A stretch of 64,000 nucleotides of DNA, taken from Vicugna vicugna. Its lineage: Eukaryota. The DNA lies in NCBI GenBank assembly GCA_013265495.1, contig MU062062.1, positions 281,651-345,650 on the forward strand, in the 5' to 3' direction. The translations under genes were made by a program, and so were the position numbers. Shown here piece after piece: positions 36,831 through 50,379 of the stretch. How positions within the stretch are numbered: the stretch's first letter is position 1; each line of letters starts with the position of its first letter. The notes under the pieces are model-generated. The model saw nothing but the letters and a program-made list of their open reading frames with translations, made no database searches and was not told the origin of the DNA.

Positions 36831-39129
36831 ATGTGTATGGTGACAGATGATAGATACATTTGTATGTCTACGTACAGAGATGTAGATCCAGCCATAAACA
36901 TAGGGATGGATACATCTATTACATATGGCCAGATGATTAGGTATAGGAATGTAGGTCAGATTAAAATATCTACATATACGTATATGTAGATATATATTTA
37001 ATACAAGGTATATATGTATTAAATATATGTGAGACTATGGAACAACTGTTAAAAATAGTTCTGTTTTAACAAAGCCTAATCTTCTTTAAAATAATGAAAG
37101 CCTGGTGATAAATGAGTTTAGATTCACTTTAATATGTCTGAATGTCCTGACTCTCTTACATCTCATTTGCCTGAAGCATCTTTTAAATCAGTTTGACCTC
37201 TCCAGAACTTGGCTAACCCAGAAACTTGTTAAATCTATACCTGCTTTCTCATATGCTTCCTTTCTTTTAAAACTTAAGGCGTTAGTTTTTGCTTGAAATT
37301 AAGCAACTATATCCTCCAGCTTATCAAATATTAGAGTATGGCTATATTTAAATTAAAAATTTCTAAGCAAATGTTTTTTGATATCTGAAGTTTAGTCCTA
37401 GGTGTGGCTCCACTAAGTCTGGATATGAGAGGTTTCAAGCAAGACCGCTGCTTAAGAATTATCTTAGATTATTGATAATATATTTATACACCAAAAAATT
37501 CACATTTTTGTAGATATAGCTTCTACTGCTTACTCCTGGGTCTCTTTCTACCTTTAAACTATCATTTTGGTTATACATTATTTCCGTATGAAGTTCTCCA
37601 GGACTCTAAAATGTATATTCTTAACGTGCAATGAGTCATCTAGGAAGGGCATCTACAGAAACAGGAAAAATGAATGGATATATTCTCTTAAGACAGAGCA
37701 TAATTTAGAAATATAAATATTGGGAAAAATTTGCCAACAATAGTTCACTATTTAAATTTTGAATTAAATATTCTAAACCAATCTCTTGAACCACTGTTTC
37801 TCAATAATTTCCTCTGAGTAAAGTCTGTCCCAAAATTTTGGGCAGAAAACTTATTTTAAGACCTCAACAGGTCTTGGGCAAAAAGTGTTTTTCCAAAACA
37901 AGTGTTCTGATGAGTTAAATGTTAAAGAATGAGAAGGGCCTGGGCTGTTTCCCTACAAATAAAAGGAGTGTAAAATCCAAGGAAGAATCATTGGCTAAAA
38001 CCTGTTTTGTTTTGCCAAACTCAGATTGTTTGAACATCACTTAAAATATTTATTAGATCCAGCTGAGCACCACTTAGGTATTCTTCATACATGGATGTCT
38101 CTGTATCTGCATCTGTGTTTGTGTTTATATTTTTATCTGTACACAGATATCTGTCTACATTTGTAAACTTTGTCTATACGTAGACACCTCTATGTCATGT
38201 CTGTATCTGTCTCTGTAACGGTGGCTGAGAGAGGAGACTGTCATCAGTTCCCAGGTATTGAAGACCTCGTGGGTCCATTTATGAAACAGGAGCCATGTCA
38301 CTGCAGTTTCGTGCCGTGACTCCTAAAGGAGGTCAGGGCCTGTTGAATCATTGCTCCCTGAATATTTAGACTTGAATTTTACCTATATAAGGTAAAAATA
38401 TTTAATTAGGTTATCACAGACAGTTATTTTACCAATGACATAGTCAGTTTAACTTACAGAATATTTCTCACTTCTTTGCCTTAGTGAGAAAGGGATTCCT
38501 CATTCCTAATGTGCAAAAATTCATAGAAGTGTAAGAAATAAAGTGAAATCATCTTAAATATTACCCACATAGATGGATATATGGATGCATCATTGAAGGT
38601 GATCCTATATGCATGTGAATGTATGATGTCATTGACTAATTCTGTGCATTCAGATGCTTCCAGACATTTTTCTGTGCTTATTTACACAGAGGGATGGATA
38701 GACTTTATCCGTCTAATGTCCAGCACTGTGTTTCTGCATATGCTCACGTGCATATCTGCACATGTGTATATATAAATAAGCACGTCCAACATTACATGGT
38801 GGGTTTGTAACGTACTCTTTTGAATTCAGCCTAAACCATAGCACTGCCATGTATTCACACTCTATTTCCATAGGCAAATTACTCTCCCAAACTCCAAAAT
38901 TACTGTTAATATCTTCTACTCTTTTTTCCAACTATCTCCCAACAAAAACTCAAACTCAACAGATGATCTCATCTTAAATTCCATAGAAAAAGAAAACATA
39001 AAATGCACCAGACCGTAAGCCTCGCTGCTTTCTCTGAAGTCTGCAAAATGCTTGCATTGATGGTGTCCACACTTCCCTCTTTCCCTTTTGCATGAAAGAG
39101 GTGGGTGAGCGCTTTGATGTCTGACTCAG

Positions 39130-39720
39130 AGCCCTCTCCCCGAGTCTCCCTTCCCCCTCTCCCGGCTCTCCCCTTGCACTGACCTCCGTCTCCTGAACTT
39201 CCCAGTTGTCAGTGTACTGTTAAGAAGCAAACTCAAGAAGCAGTACCACTTTTTTAAAAATTCCCCCTTAACCCACAGCATCCCTAGACAGTATTCTCTG
39301 CCTTCTCCCATTTCCAAAGTCCAATTCCTTGAAAGTTTTGTCTATTCTGTTTTCACTTCCTCTCTTTCCAATCACCCTGAATCTACCCTAACCTGACCTA
39401 CTGAGAATTTCTTTTTAAAAAGGGCGGAGGGAGGTGAGGTGCTTTTTCAGCCAGCCCTTGCAGCAGCATTCAGGCCAGTATCTTGCTCTGTAGGCTCTTA
39501 AACAGTTCCCAGGCTCAGTGTCTGTGACTTCACACTCTCCTGATTTGCATCCTACCGCGGGTCCCCATTTATATCTCTCTCTGGCTCCTTCCCTGACTCC
39601 TTCTGACTCAGAGCTGAAGGAGTTCTTTCAGACTTCCCAACCCTCCTCTTTTGTCTCTCTGCAGTCTCTCCCCCGCAAGCAGTTCTCTCCAGCCTCTGGT
39701 TTCAATTACCCTCAGCGCGT
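39130..39720 (+). mobile_element. Probable L2 remnant
   Basis: Pyrimidine-rich, with ccaattccttgaaagttttgtctattctgttttcacttcctc and tatatctctctctggctccttccctgactcc, L2-like. Confidence 0.35.
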
Positions 39721-40104
39721 CCGTGCTCCCTGCCCCGGCTTCTCTTCCGAGGGCCACGTCGCAGATCAGAATGATTCCCTGGACGGCTCCCCTCTGATGT
39801 CTCGGCTCCTCAAAAGCAACACGATCAAAGAGGGTTTATCAAAATCTCCACCGAGCTGCTCGGCCCCCGTCGTTCCTCAGGTTTGCTGACACGCTGCCCC
39901 TCTCCCGTTGCCTCCCCCCCCATGTCCACTCAGCCGCTCAGGCCCTTGACTCTTTCCCTTAAATAACTGCAGGTTTGTTTGGAAAAATAAAAAAGAATGA
40001 CAGGTAACAAATACTACAGTCCCTCTTTTTCTTGGCACATAAAGTTAGGTCGCAAATTGAAAAGTAAGTGTAACTCTGTAGAGATATGTTCTCAATTGTC
40101 CACT

Positions 40105-40799
40105 TGTCGGGTGCGGGGGGCCACTCATGACCTGAGGGCTGCCGAGCACAGAGACTGGGCCTAAACTCCCAGAGAGCGGGGCGTCAGGCTCTAGGGCTGA
40201 CTGAGCAAAGACAATCTCTGTCCCGCCACCCCTTTGTTAGAAAAACAGCAGGTGCATTTGGAGTCGGAAAAACATCTTGATGCCATTGAGTTATTAAGAA
40301 CAGGGGCTTTTGGAAGGAGAGATACAGGTCACACAAGTTAGTGATCTTAGTAACAATCACCTGAGTTACCAATACACAAGTTACATAAGTTAGTGATCTT
40401 AGCGACAATTACCTGAGTTACCAATACACAAATCTTAGCCTAGAGGAACAATACAGTAATCAATAATGTTAGCTCATGGGGAACGGTTAGTCTTGATTGA
40501 TGAGAAATATAAACAATAATGATGTATGTAACTATGCACAAGTTACTGATTTTAGTACACATTGTTAAGAGATCATAAAAACAATCCGTTACCTACGATA
40601 CTGTTGCCTATGGGTTAAAAGCATATAAATTAACTGCTGGAAATAAACACGAGGTCCACTCTTGACCTAGCGTCTTGCGGGCTAGAGTGAGACCCTCTCC
40701 CCCAGCTTTTAGTCTTGTCTTCCTTTTAGTCTTGTCTTTCTTTTCTCAGTCCTGCAGCACAGATTTCTGGACCTGATCGATTGTCGGCTGGCTCCGACA
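40105..40799 (+). mobile_element. ERV2 (ERVK/beta-like) solo LTR
   Basis: Inverted termini tgtcgg...ccgaca, TATA-like gcatataaa at about 40621, AATAAA at about 40642, U5 end ggctggctccgaca similar to recalled ruminant ERV2 LTR ends; no TSD or PBS found. Confidence 0.7.
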
Positions 40800-41123
40800 G
40801 TCGGGCACCTTGCTTGCCAAGGCAAAGCATTTCAGGATTCCTCTTCTTATTTCTTAGTGGGTCTTTCCAATCTGTCCTCCGTGAAGGGAACCGTGTGCTG
40901 TCTGAGATGTGTGCTAATTACCCGGTGTTGCTTCAGCTTCCAGAAGGTTCCTTTTCTGTTTAGTCTCCTCACTGTGCTATTAAGCAGCCACTGCGAGAGG
41001 AAGGTGCAGTTCACTCTCACGTACATACAACTCTCATGCCATGAAGTCGTGCTAAGAGATGATAATTTTCCGACACGGCAGTCAATTTGCTAAAAAGAAT
41101 CCAAATTTTGTCTATAGAATAAG

Positions 41124-41255
41124 CTTCTTTTATACTTTTTGGGTGACGGGAGGTAATTAGGTTCATTTATTTTTAGAGGAGGTGCGGGGGACTGAACCCA
41201 GGACCTCGTGCACGCTAAGCATGTGCTCTACCACTTGAGCTACACACTCCCCTCC
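41124..41255 (-). mobile_element. Camelid tRNA-derived SINE
   Basis: actgaacccaggacctcgtgcacgctaagcatgtgctctaccacttgagctacacactcccc is the antisense SINE head; short TSD agaataa on both sides. Confidence 0.9.
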
Positions 41256-42023
41256 AAGAATAAACTAAATGTATGTTATAACCAGTGTAAACCTTCCCTC
41301 TCTAAGTAGATACAGAGTCCTTTAGGAGTCATTCTTTGAAAATACATTTTTTAATAACATCATGTGTTACAATTGTCTTCATTTGAAGTTTTCTTGAGCA
41401 ACATAATCATGGACAGAACTTCACAACCAGTCACGTGCTGTGATAGCAACTGTGTCATATGGAAATGGATCTAAACAAAATGACTAGGAATATGGTTACA
41501 TGAAATTTGAAAACTGTTTCTATGCACCATAAAGTGCTCGTTTTCAAGTATTAATAGTTTCCTTTAAATTGTCTATTTTCATACAGAGTCCGTCTTAGAT
41601 TCCAAAATAGTTTTGAAAACTCAGTAGAAATACTTGCAGTAAATCACAACCCAGTTATATCTGTCCAAGCATGAAAAATAAAGGTTGCAAGTCTGCATAC
41701 CAAGTGGCACAAAGTCGCTGAGGGCAGAGGTGCCATCTGTCTTCTTTGTGACTGTGCCGGGCGCCTGGAGCAGGGCACTGCCCATCACTGTGCTCAGCAC
41801 ACACCTGCGAGAGGGCATGACGCCCACTGGTCTATGTGGACTGACCGCTAAAGCTGTGGTGGCATGTTTCACATTCCTCTGCAGGTGTCAAGCGTGTTTA
41901 ATTCTGGAAAGAAGAATAATCTGCTGGGAGAGTAGCCTCACCTGAATGATATGTATTTGATGATTTCTTTTTAAAAATAAAATGTAACTAAGTTTCAACA
42001 TTAAGTTTGAATCATATCTGGGG

Positions 42024-42208
42024 TAGTGATTCTCACGCTGTAGCATCACCAGAATCAACCTGAGACGCTGTTAAGACATTGGGGGGTGGGGGGTGGGCCC
42101 TGATCACAGAATTTCTGATTCTGGGATAGGACCTGAGGGTCTGAATTCCTAACCGATGTCCAAATGATGCTGGTGCTGCCGACCCAGGAAGCACCCCTGG
42201 ACCACCCC
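42024..42208 (+). mobile_element. MER5A hAT-Charlie MITE
   Basis: tagtgattctcacgctgtagcatcaccagaatcaacctg ... cagaatttctgattc ... atgatgctggtgctgccgacccagga is colinear with recalled MER5A. Confidence 0.75.
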
Positions 42209-42699
42209 TGGGCCAGGATGTTACAGGGCTCAGTGTCATACTTCACATCTGAAGGATGCTAGAAGGAATGCAGCAACAGAATGAACTCACACTCATTCCT
42301 TTTGTGTTTTATGTGTGTCACATCCAGCGCTCAAATGAGAGAAAAATAAGTTATGTAAAGTGGAAGGAAAAAAACCTTCAAAGGTTAAGATTTTTGGATT
42401 TTGCAAAGGAGCATCACGGTTTCTTGGCTACACATGTTGAGCGCCGAGACCACCCTTCTCCGCATTTTCTGGTGGCGCATGAAACAGCACCGAGTCTACA
42501 CAAACTATCCATTATCTTTGAAAAACGAACAACTAAGACTTTCAGTCTGGGCAGGATGACACAGACTTGTCTCACCCTGCCTCTCCAAGCACCGTGATGA
42601 CTCCTGGAAGTGATATGAGAGACAACTGGCAGGGAATTCTGAAGGGTGGTGGGAGGAAGGTGAGCTGCTGCGGGACGCCAGGACTGGAGGAACAACACA

Positions 42700-43410
42700 G
42701 AGCACCAGATTCCCCAATTCTACCAGAAAAACACTGCCGAGGCTCCGAAAATTAAACTGCATTGGAACCACAAAAGTAGGTCAGGACCAGGGCACCAAAC
42801 CCAAACAGGATAGTCACCTGCTTAAATAAAAGACTTAGATAGGACATGGAGCCTGTTACCATAATAGACAAATGTCCAGAGTACAGTGAAAAATAACCAT
42901 CATGCCGAGAACCAAGAAAACCACAACTTGCATGAGAAAGACAAGCAAGTGACTCCAACACTGTGATAAATCAGAGGTTGGTACTGCGTGACAGTGATTT
43001 TAAAGCAGTCATCATAAAATGCTTAGATGATCAGTTACTAATTTTCTTGAAACAGATGGAAGATAGAATTTCAGCAAAGAAAAAGAAGCTATGAAAAATT
43101 AACTAGATGGAAATTATAGAACTGAAAGTTACAAGAACAGCAAATCCACCCCAAACAAACAGAAAGTGGAGATGACAGAAGAAAGGAGCAATGAGCGTGA
43201 GCCGCGATCCAGAGAATTTACCCAATTTAAACAACATAGAGAAAACAGACCGAAAAACAGGCCAAAAAAGAAAAGGTACAGAGACTCAGAGACTAACGGC
43301 CACTATCAAAAGATCCAATGACTTTATCATTACAGAAGGAGAGTAGGATTGAAAGATTATTCAGTGAAATAATGGCAAAACATTCTCAGGATTGAGGATG
43401 AGGCAAAGAA
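42700..43410 (+). mobile_element. Old L1M 5' and ORF1 remnant
   Basis: gagaaccaagaaaaccacaacttgcatgagaaagacaa, gattttaaagcagtcatcataaaatgc and gatggaaattatagaactgaaa are L1M ORF1-like. Confidence 0.7.
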
Positions 43411-43419
43411 CGCTTTTAA

Positions 43420-44530
43420 TTGACACCAGAAGCATGATCCTCAAAGGACAAAATGATAAATTGGACTTCAAAATCGAAACCTTTTGCTCTATGAAGCCCA
43501 TGTGAAGAGGCTGCAAAGACAAGCTCTAGCCTGGGACACAGTGTTGCAAGCCACACACGTGAGAAAAGACTGAGAACTCGAGTCTGTGAAGGGCTCTCAA
43601 GATTCAACAGTAAAGAAAGACTCCAAGCTGAAAAGGGGGCAAAAGACACAATGGGACATTTCACTAGTAAAGGTGCACAGACGGCGGATAAACACACGAA
43701 AAGGTTTTCGTCATCACTATCCATCGGGAAAACGCCAGCTAAGACTGCGATGGGATACCACTGCCCCCCACGAGAACCGCGACAGCAGACAGCGACGGCG
43801 GCGGGTGCAGAGCCAGCGCTCACCCCTGGCCGCCGGGGGGCGGCGCGCCACTCGGACCTCGCCTGGCCAGGTCGTGTAAACCTAAACACGCAGTTAACAT
43901 AAAACCCAGTGAACACACTCCGGCGTCTTCCCCCCGAGCGATGAAAGCTTGCTTCCACACATAACACAGTGTACAAAAGCACAGAAAACATCTATCTGTC
44001 ACAGCCAAGTTACTGGGAATGACTCAGCGTATTTAATCAAGTGGCTGGTTGCGTAGGCTGCAGGGGCATTTGCTCAGCGCTACAGAGACATGAGCTGTTG
44101 CCACGTGGAACAACTCGGTGAGGCTCCGGGGGTTATGCCGAGTCAGCAGAGAAAGTCGATCCCACAGTGTCACTGGCTACATTGTTCCATTTATGTCACA
44201 TTTTCGAAATGACAAAATTTTGGAAATGAAGAACAGAGTAATGGTGGCCAGGGATTAAAGACGGAGCAGTGAGGAGAGGGGTGGCGTTACCAAAGGGCCA
44301 CGTGACGGATCTTTGGGTTCAGCCCTTGACTGGGGTGGAGGACACCCAAAGCTATTCATGGAATAAAACTGTCACACCCACACAAAAGGACAGATAAAAC
44401 CTGGATAATCTGAATGAGATGGATGGGTTGTATTCACGTCAAGGTCCTGGCTACCGTAGTGTACTGTAGTTGTGCAAAATGTGAACAGTGAAGAAGGTAT
44501 TTCTTACCACTGCATGTGAATCTACACTTA
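43420..44530 (+). mobile_element. L1MC-like ORF2 end and 3' UTR, locally CpG-rich
   Basis: aatgataaattggacttcaaaatcgaaaccttttgctct; ttccatttatgtcacattttcgaaatgacaaaattttggaaatgaagaacag; terminal tttcttaccactgcatgtgaatctacact. Confidence 0.85.
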
Positions 44531-47500
44531 GCTCAGTAAAACGTCCCGATTTAAAAGTACAAGCAACAGACCAGACCAGGCAACACTGTGTTTCAAGAGG
44601 CGTGTCTGGATGGGAGCCCACTGTTCTGAACCCAAGGAGTCCACAGTGGGTGGAACCAGATGTGTGCCCGGCATCAGCCCACAGACGCGGAACTTGACCT
44701 GAAGTCTTAGAACTTGGTTCAAGAGCTGCTCAGTCACCCTTCGCACTTCCCCGGGTTTGCTTCGCACATTGTTTGAATTAGGGGCCATCTCCTCTGGACA
44801 GCTGTTTTCCATTTCAACAAACCACGCTGATGCACAGAGAGGCAAGACAGCCCTTCTCATCTTCTGGGAAGACCTCTCCCCAAAGCTGTGTGAGTGAAAC
44901 CCTTAGTTTCTATGAATGCACTGAAGAATGCAAACTCCTCCAGCAAAAAGATAGCATGTTGTTCTAGAAAAAAATTCTGTTCTGTCGACTAAATAGCAAG
45001 CCACTCTACGCACGTTCTTTCCATAAATTAAAACTTAAGAACGATAAGTGCTGAATGAGCAAAAACATGCTGACCTGAACTGGGACAGGATGAATCAATT
45101 TTATGAAATAGAGAAAATGTGGGTTTTATTCTTGCCGTAATCTCTCTCATTGTGGTGACTTCTCCATTATGAAAACGTTTATGGCTTGTTTCTGATGATA
45201 AAAGTCAGACAGCACATGCTTGGTGTAGAAGGTGAGAGAAGCACAAAGAGTTTGGGGATGGAAATGAACCCCAGTGACCGTCAGCCACGCAGAATCGACC
45301 TCTAGTGTTGTTCTGTTTTCTTTCCTTCAGGTGTTTTAATGTTTTCCTGTGAGTGTGTGTGTGTATTCAGCTGAGTTCCAGCCACATGCAGATCTTAAAG
45401 TCTTTCTCGAGGCATTTTTACAGGCATGTCCATCCTGGGACCCTGATCCGGATCCAGGACTCCTCCCAGCTTCCAGCCGGCTTCCTCTCCGACTTGCCAG
45501 CAGTAACTCCCACCTCAAGGTAACCGCTATTCTGACCTCTAGGCAATCAGATGATGCTGCCTGTCTTGAGATTTCATGGAAATGGGACTCCGGCTCTTGT
45601 GTCTGACCGCAGGGCCCGACGCTGTCAGTCTGGCTTGCCTCTGTGCTATCTTCCCCACGGTGGGTGGGGCACAGCCCCTGTGTTACTAGTCAGAGGTCCA
45701 CGTGTCCCTCTCCTGGAGGGACGCTGAGGTCGGTGACGCTGTGGGGCTGTGGGCAGCAGTGCTGCTTCCGGCAGACATGCACACTCCCGTCTACTGGCCG
45801 TGTGTATGGGAGTAAAACCCTAACCGGACGGTGTCTATCTGGTCGGTTTGGGTTAATAACGCTAACTTTTGAGAGTTCCAATGCTTTCCATTCTTGTTGG
45901 CACTGGCTGTCCTTTTCAGCTTACTCAGTCTAGAGGTAACATAACTGTAAGCCAAAATAAGAACACACTGAATCTGGAATGTTGTATCTTGTGCATTACA
46001 CCACAGTCATTCCCACGGGTTTGTACCTTATGCTCGTGAGATCCTCAGTTTTGACCTTTGGCTATTGTAGTCTCCAGCAGCTTGATCAGCTATAAGAATA
46101 AAAGCAAAAACCTGTTCCGGAAAAGGCTCCAAAACAAGTCTGAAGCAATCACATATTGTGGGATTTGCAAGTTACTTTTAGGATCACAGACAGTATGTCT
46201 GTGTGTGGGGTGGGGCTGTGCAACCCTATGTATTTAAAATAACCTGTGGATTCGGTAAGGAAGTGCATTTTATCAAGACAATTACCATGATTTGCTGGGC
46301 CTTAACTTACAAATAGGTTTCAGGACAATGACACTTGAAAGGTGCTGTCCCTTAAATTAGAGGACGCTGACCCCTGTGATATGATATATAAGGCTGAACA
46401 AATGTAACATCAACTTGGTGTAGAACAAAGTTTTACTCATTTTAATTGGTTTTTGTTTTACTTTTCACTCTAGTTTTATGTGAACATCCATGGTTGAGAA
46501 TAAAATTAGTATTCCACCATGAAATTAATAAAAATGATTTTATAAATCTTCGTGTAAAACCTGCCAGAAACTAACGTTTAATTACCAATATGATATATTA
46601 AGAATTCTATTTAAATCGTTTTATTATGTATGCACTGTTGTATTTTTGTTGTTTTATCTCTGTTCTCCTTTCTACCTTTATTTTTTTTCTAGCTTACAAG
46701 TTTCTCCCTTTTTTTTCATTCTGTGGTTTTGTTTTTGTACACATAACACATTTTCTCTGATGCTGAGTAACTCACATATTAAAGAGAATACAAAGGGAAA
46801 ATACGAAAACCAGCTCTCGTCTCCAAGGACGTGCTGCTTCCGATCCTCCTCCCGGGGACAGGCACAGAGGTTTACGACACGTCTTTGTCATCTCGCAAAT
46901 TTCAAAACTGTCTGATTCAATCACGTACTGTAAGCGGGGGGTACCTGAGCAATAAATACTGAAGTTTACGCCATGCTCCTGCTGGTAGCGAGAGGTTCTG
47001 GTGATCACCTTCAGAGCCTTCGGTGGTCCAGGACCAGTCAGTCTGCCTTGGAGCCCGCGTTTTATTTCGCACCCTCGCTGTAGCTGCTGGATGAGCTGGA
47101 TCTCAGTTTCTGTAGCCAGCACTGGGCATCACCATGTGAGTCACAGTCACTTGCTTTCCTTTTGATATTCACTCAGTTTAGAGAGGAGGCCAAATCTGCA
47201 TCTTCAATCATCTCGTCTGGGGATGTTGCGGGAAGCCCCGCTGAATTTCATGACAGAAGATCCTTGATGTTAATCGCCTCTTACATCTGGTAAAGTTGCT
47301 CATCCTCTCCGTGCCCTATGCAGAACCTCTTGAATTATTTCAGCCCAGTCACTTCTCCACTTCTTGTCCCTGCCTCGACTTCCATCCTTCCCTCCCCAGG
47401 AAAGACAGACGCAGTAAAAAAGAAAACCAGCCATAGCTTCTAAACTTGAAAACGCAGTCAATCGTTTTGCATCCTGGAGATTTTACAAGTGGTATTTCCG

Positions 47501-50379
47501 TTTGTTTGTTTGTGTGTTTGTTTTGGGAATTCAATGGTTTGGTACCTTTAGGAACAATCAAATTAATATTTTAGTCTAATGAAAAGAAACAGTTCAGTCA
47601 GTCATCCTGGTAGTTTGTCTACAGGATCCCCAAAAGAAAGCATAAACTAATGTCCTAAGGTGCAGAAACACATTTTATGTGTTCCCACGCAGATACCTCC
47701 CGAGGGAACGGGCACCAGGGAAATAAACAGAATTAGGCCAGTTTCTTTCAGGCACGTGATGCTCTAGTGTAAGAGGCTCTGTGGGCTCTCGGATCCTTGG
47801 CTAAGATGGTATTTTCATAGCTGTTAAGATGAATATTTACAATATGCCGAACTCAAAAGACCCAGTGCTGAGTGAGTCACCTTCTCCCCAACCCCGTTTT
47901 CCCTGGATTACCCCCGTTTCTGTCAGGACGTTGCTGCGGGTCTCCTGGGGAGCAGATCCTGCCCCCGCAGCGAGGGCGCACTCACCTCTCACAGGGCGAG
48001 GGGCTCCGAGGACGGGCCCCACTTCAAGGCCAGCGGAAAACTGAGGGCACTTTCCGTGAAGAATATTTTGTCTGGAGCATGTGCTGAAAGACAGCGGGCG
48101 TTCCAGGCAAGCTGCAGCCCATTCTGAGTCAGGAGACAGGACCTCAGCATCAGAGCTGTCTTCCCTGCCCTTCAGGGTGGCGGCCGGGGACACTTTGTGG
48201 GGCTCATCTTTCTGAAGGGGAGAAGTGACAAGACTGACCCAGGGCCGTGGTCCTGCGACCCCACGATGCTAAACACATCCCCAGGTTCTCAGGAGGCTGG
48301 CTTAGCTCGCACGCATATTCACACAAAGCTGAAATTTCTCTTCCCTTATGTCTTCCTGTGAAAACGCCTGGCTCTCCATCCAGGACCTCTGGCAGTGTGG
48401 ACAGTGTCGTCCTCCAGAGAGTCCCGCGGGTCGGCCTCGTTCTGTACCTGAAGTAGATCGGTACCACGTCCGGGCCATGATGCTGGAAGTGGTCTGGTCT
48501 GAGCTGTCCTGCATGGGACCAGCTCAGTCTGTGTTTCCTTCATGGAAATTCTGATACCAGGTGATCACTACAAAAAATGTAAACTGGATTATGTTTCTGT
48601 ATCAAAATTAGGCAAAGAATTTTTGTGTAATTCTAATTTTTTTTACTATTTCGCAGCTGGTGTACTATATGTGGCAGTTGGTGTAAAGCTGGCCAGTCAG
48701 TGTGGTTTTTTAAATACTGTTATAATTTTGGTTCTGTTTCTTTTTTAAATAAAATGTTGATTTCTTCAGATTTTTAGGTTGAAATACTTCTAAAGTGCTA
48801 TTTTTAACTTGAAGATAGTAATATGTTATAATGTCTAGATGAAGGGAAATGCACATTTTTGGACAGAATTTAGTCTTTCAATTGAATTTGGTCTTAATAC
48901 AGCATGTAGTCGCTTTCTTGAATGGTCAAGTTGGTGCTGAATTCTAGACTGCATTTCACAATTGTTGCCACCAGTGTTATGAAGTCAAATAAAGAAATTA
49001 CCATCGTATGAAGATGTTTACCCTTGCAGACACAGCTTCAGTGGGAAAGTGTGAGCTTTATATAAGTGTTTTAAATGTTAGAATGTTCTGTGATTTTAGT
49101 CCATGCTTTATGCAAGAGTGCAAGACCAGCAAGATGTTTTTAAGATAATTTTGGATCTATTTCCAGTGGAATATTAAAGAATTAACATGACTGGAGCCTT
49201 CAGCCTGCATTTGAGGTGTTTCCAGCAAAGGGCTAAAGAGTTTCTAGAAGTCTCTTCTAAAAATTCTTGACTGCACAGCATCCATAGTGTGACAATACTT
49301 GTACCCATCTGGTTAATAAACTGTGGAATGAGCAGTGGATATCTGTCGCAGACCAAATAGGAGCTTCCAAGCTTGGGCATAAATACACACACGCAACTTG
49401 GCAGGTGCCACTGAATATGTTTTTGATGCCATTTTCAACGTCTAGGTTTTTCTCCTATTCATCTTTGTAATTCAGAAATGACCTAAGTTCTCTTGCTCCA
49501 AAGATACTAGAAAGATGGTTCAGCCACAGATACAGAGCTTCACGAGCCTCAGACCCCACCATGGAGCGGGCGGGGTTGAGTTTTCAGGTCCTCATTGCCT
49601 TCGCAGCAGTGTGTGCCCGGATCGCTGCTGCTGCGGTGACAGCCGCGCCGGCGCCTGAAGACCGAGGACAGCCCGCCCTCCCCAGCCACTGTTCTCCTGG
49701 ACGAGGGGAGGAAGGAACCCCTCACACTCGCGCTCCGCCCTGTTGTGTGTGAAGTCAGTGTTGTGGAGGGGGCCTCCGAAGACTTGTTCTGTCCTTCTGT
49801 CCACTCAGCTCGAAGCTACCAGAACTTACCAAACAGCAAGATCTAGACCGGAGTCCCTAGCGGACTAGCGAGAGCTACGAGAGGCGGGCTGTGTTTTTTC
49901 ATAGCAATGCTTTTCGAGATACCAGAGACACATCTGTCTGAGGTGTCTGTCGTGCTGCACCGTGTGGTCTGTCTCTCTGCTCCCCGTGGTGCCGCAGCAC
50001 AAAGCCACTTCTTTCAATTAGCCCACATTCCTAAATACGTTGAATACATATTTTTGAAGGCCCGAACATTGCATTTTTAAATGGGGGTTTGCAACACTTT
50101 TCGAAAGAAAAGTTTTCAGACTTACTTGTTATTCTTTACTGATTCTGAAAGAGATCATCTATTTCAAATACATCACAATAACAAGCGTACATAACGTGTG
50201 CATGGAGATGCGGTTTAAAGAAGAGAGTTAGGACAGATGCCCGTAAGTCCACCTGCAGACTCTGACCACGGTCTTTGAGGCCCTGATGACACGCGTAAAC
50301 ATCCTCTTCAGAGGCAGCAAATGTGTCCTGAAGTTTGTGTGCGTTATGTCACTTTGTGTTAAAGTTTTCCCTTGTGTGT

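Noticed and set aside
39518-39889. 123-aa Ser/Pro-rich ORF
   Set aside because: Lies in pyrimidine-rich, probably L2-derived sequence.
43416-43991. 191-aa minus-strand ORF
   Set aside because: Antisense to an L1 ORF2 remnant and opened up by GC enrichment.
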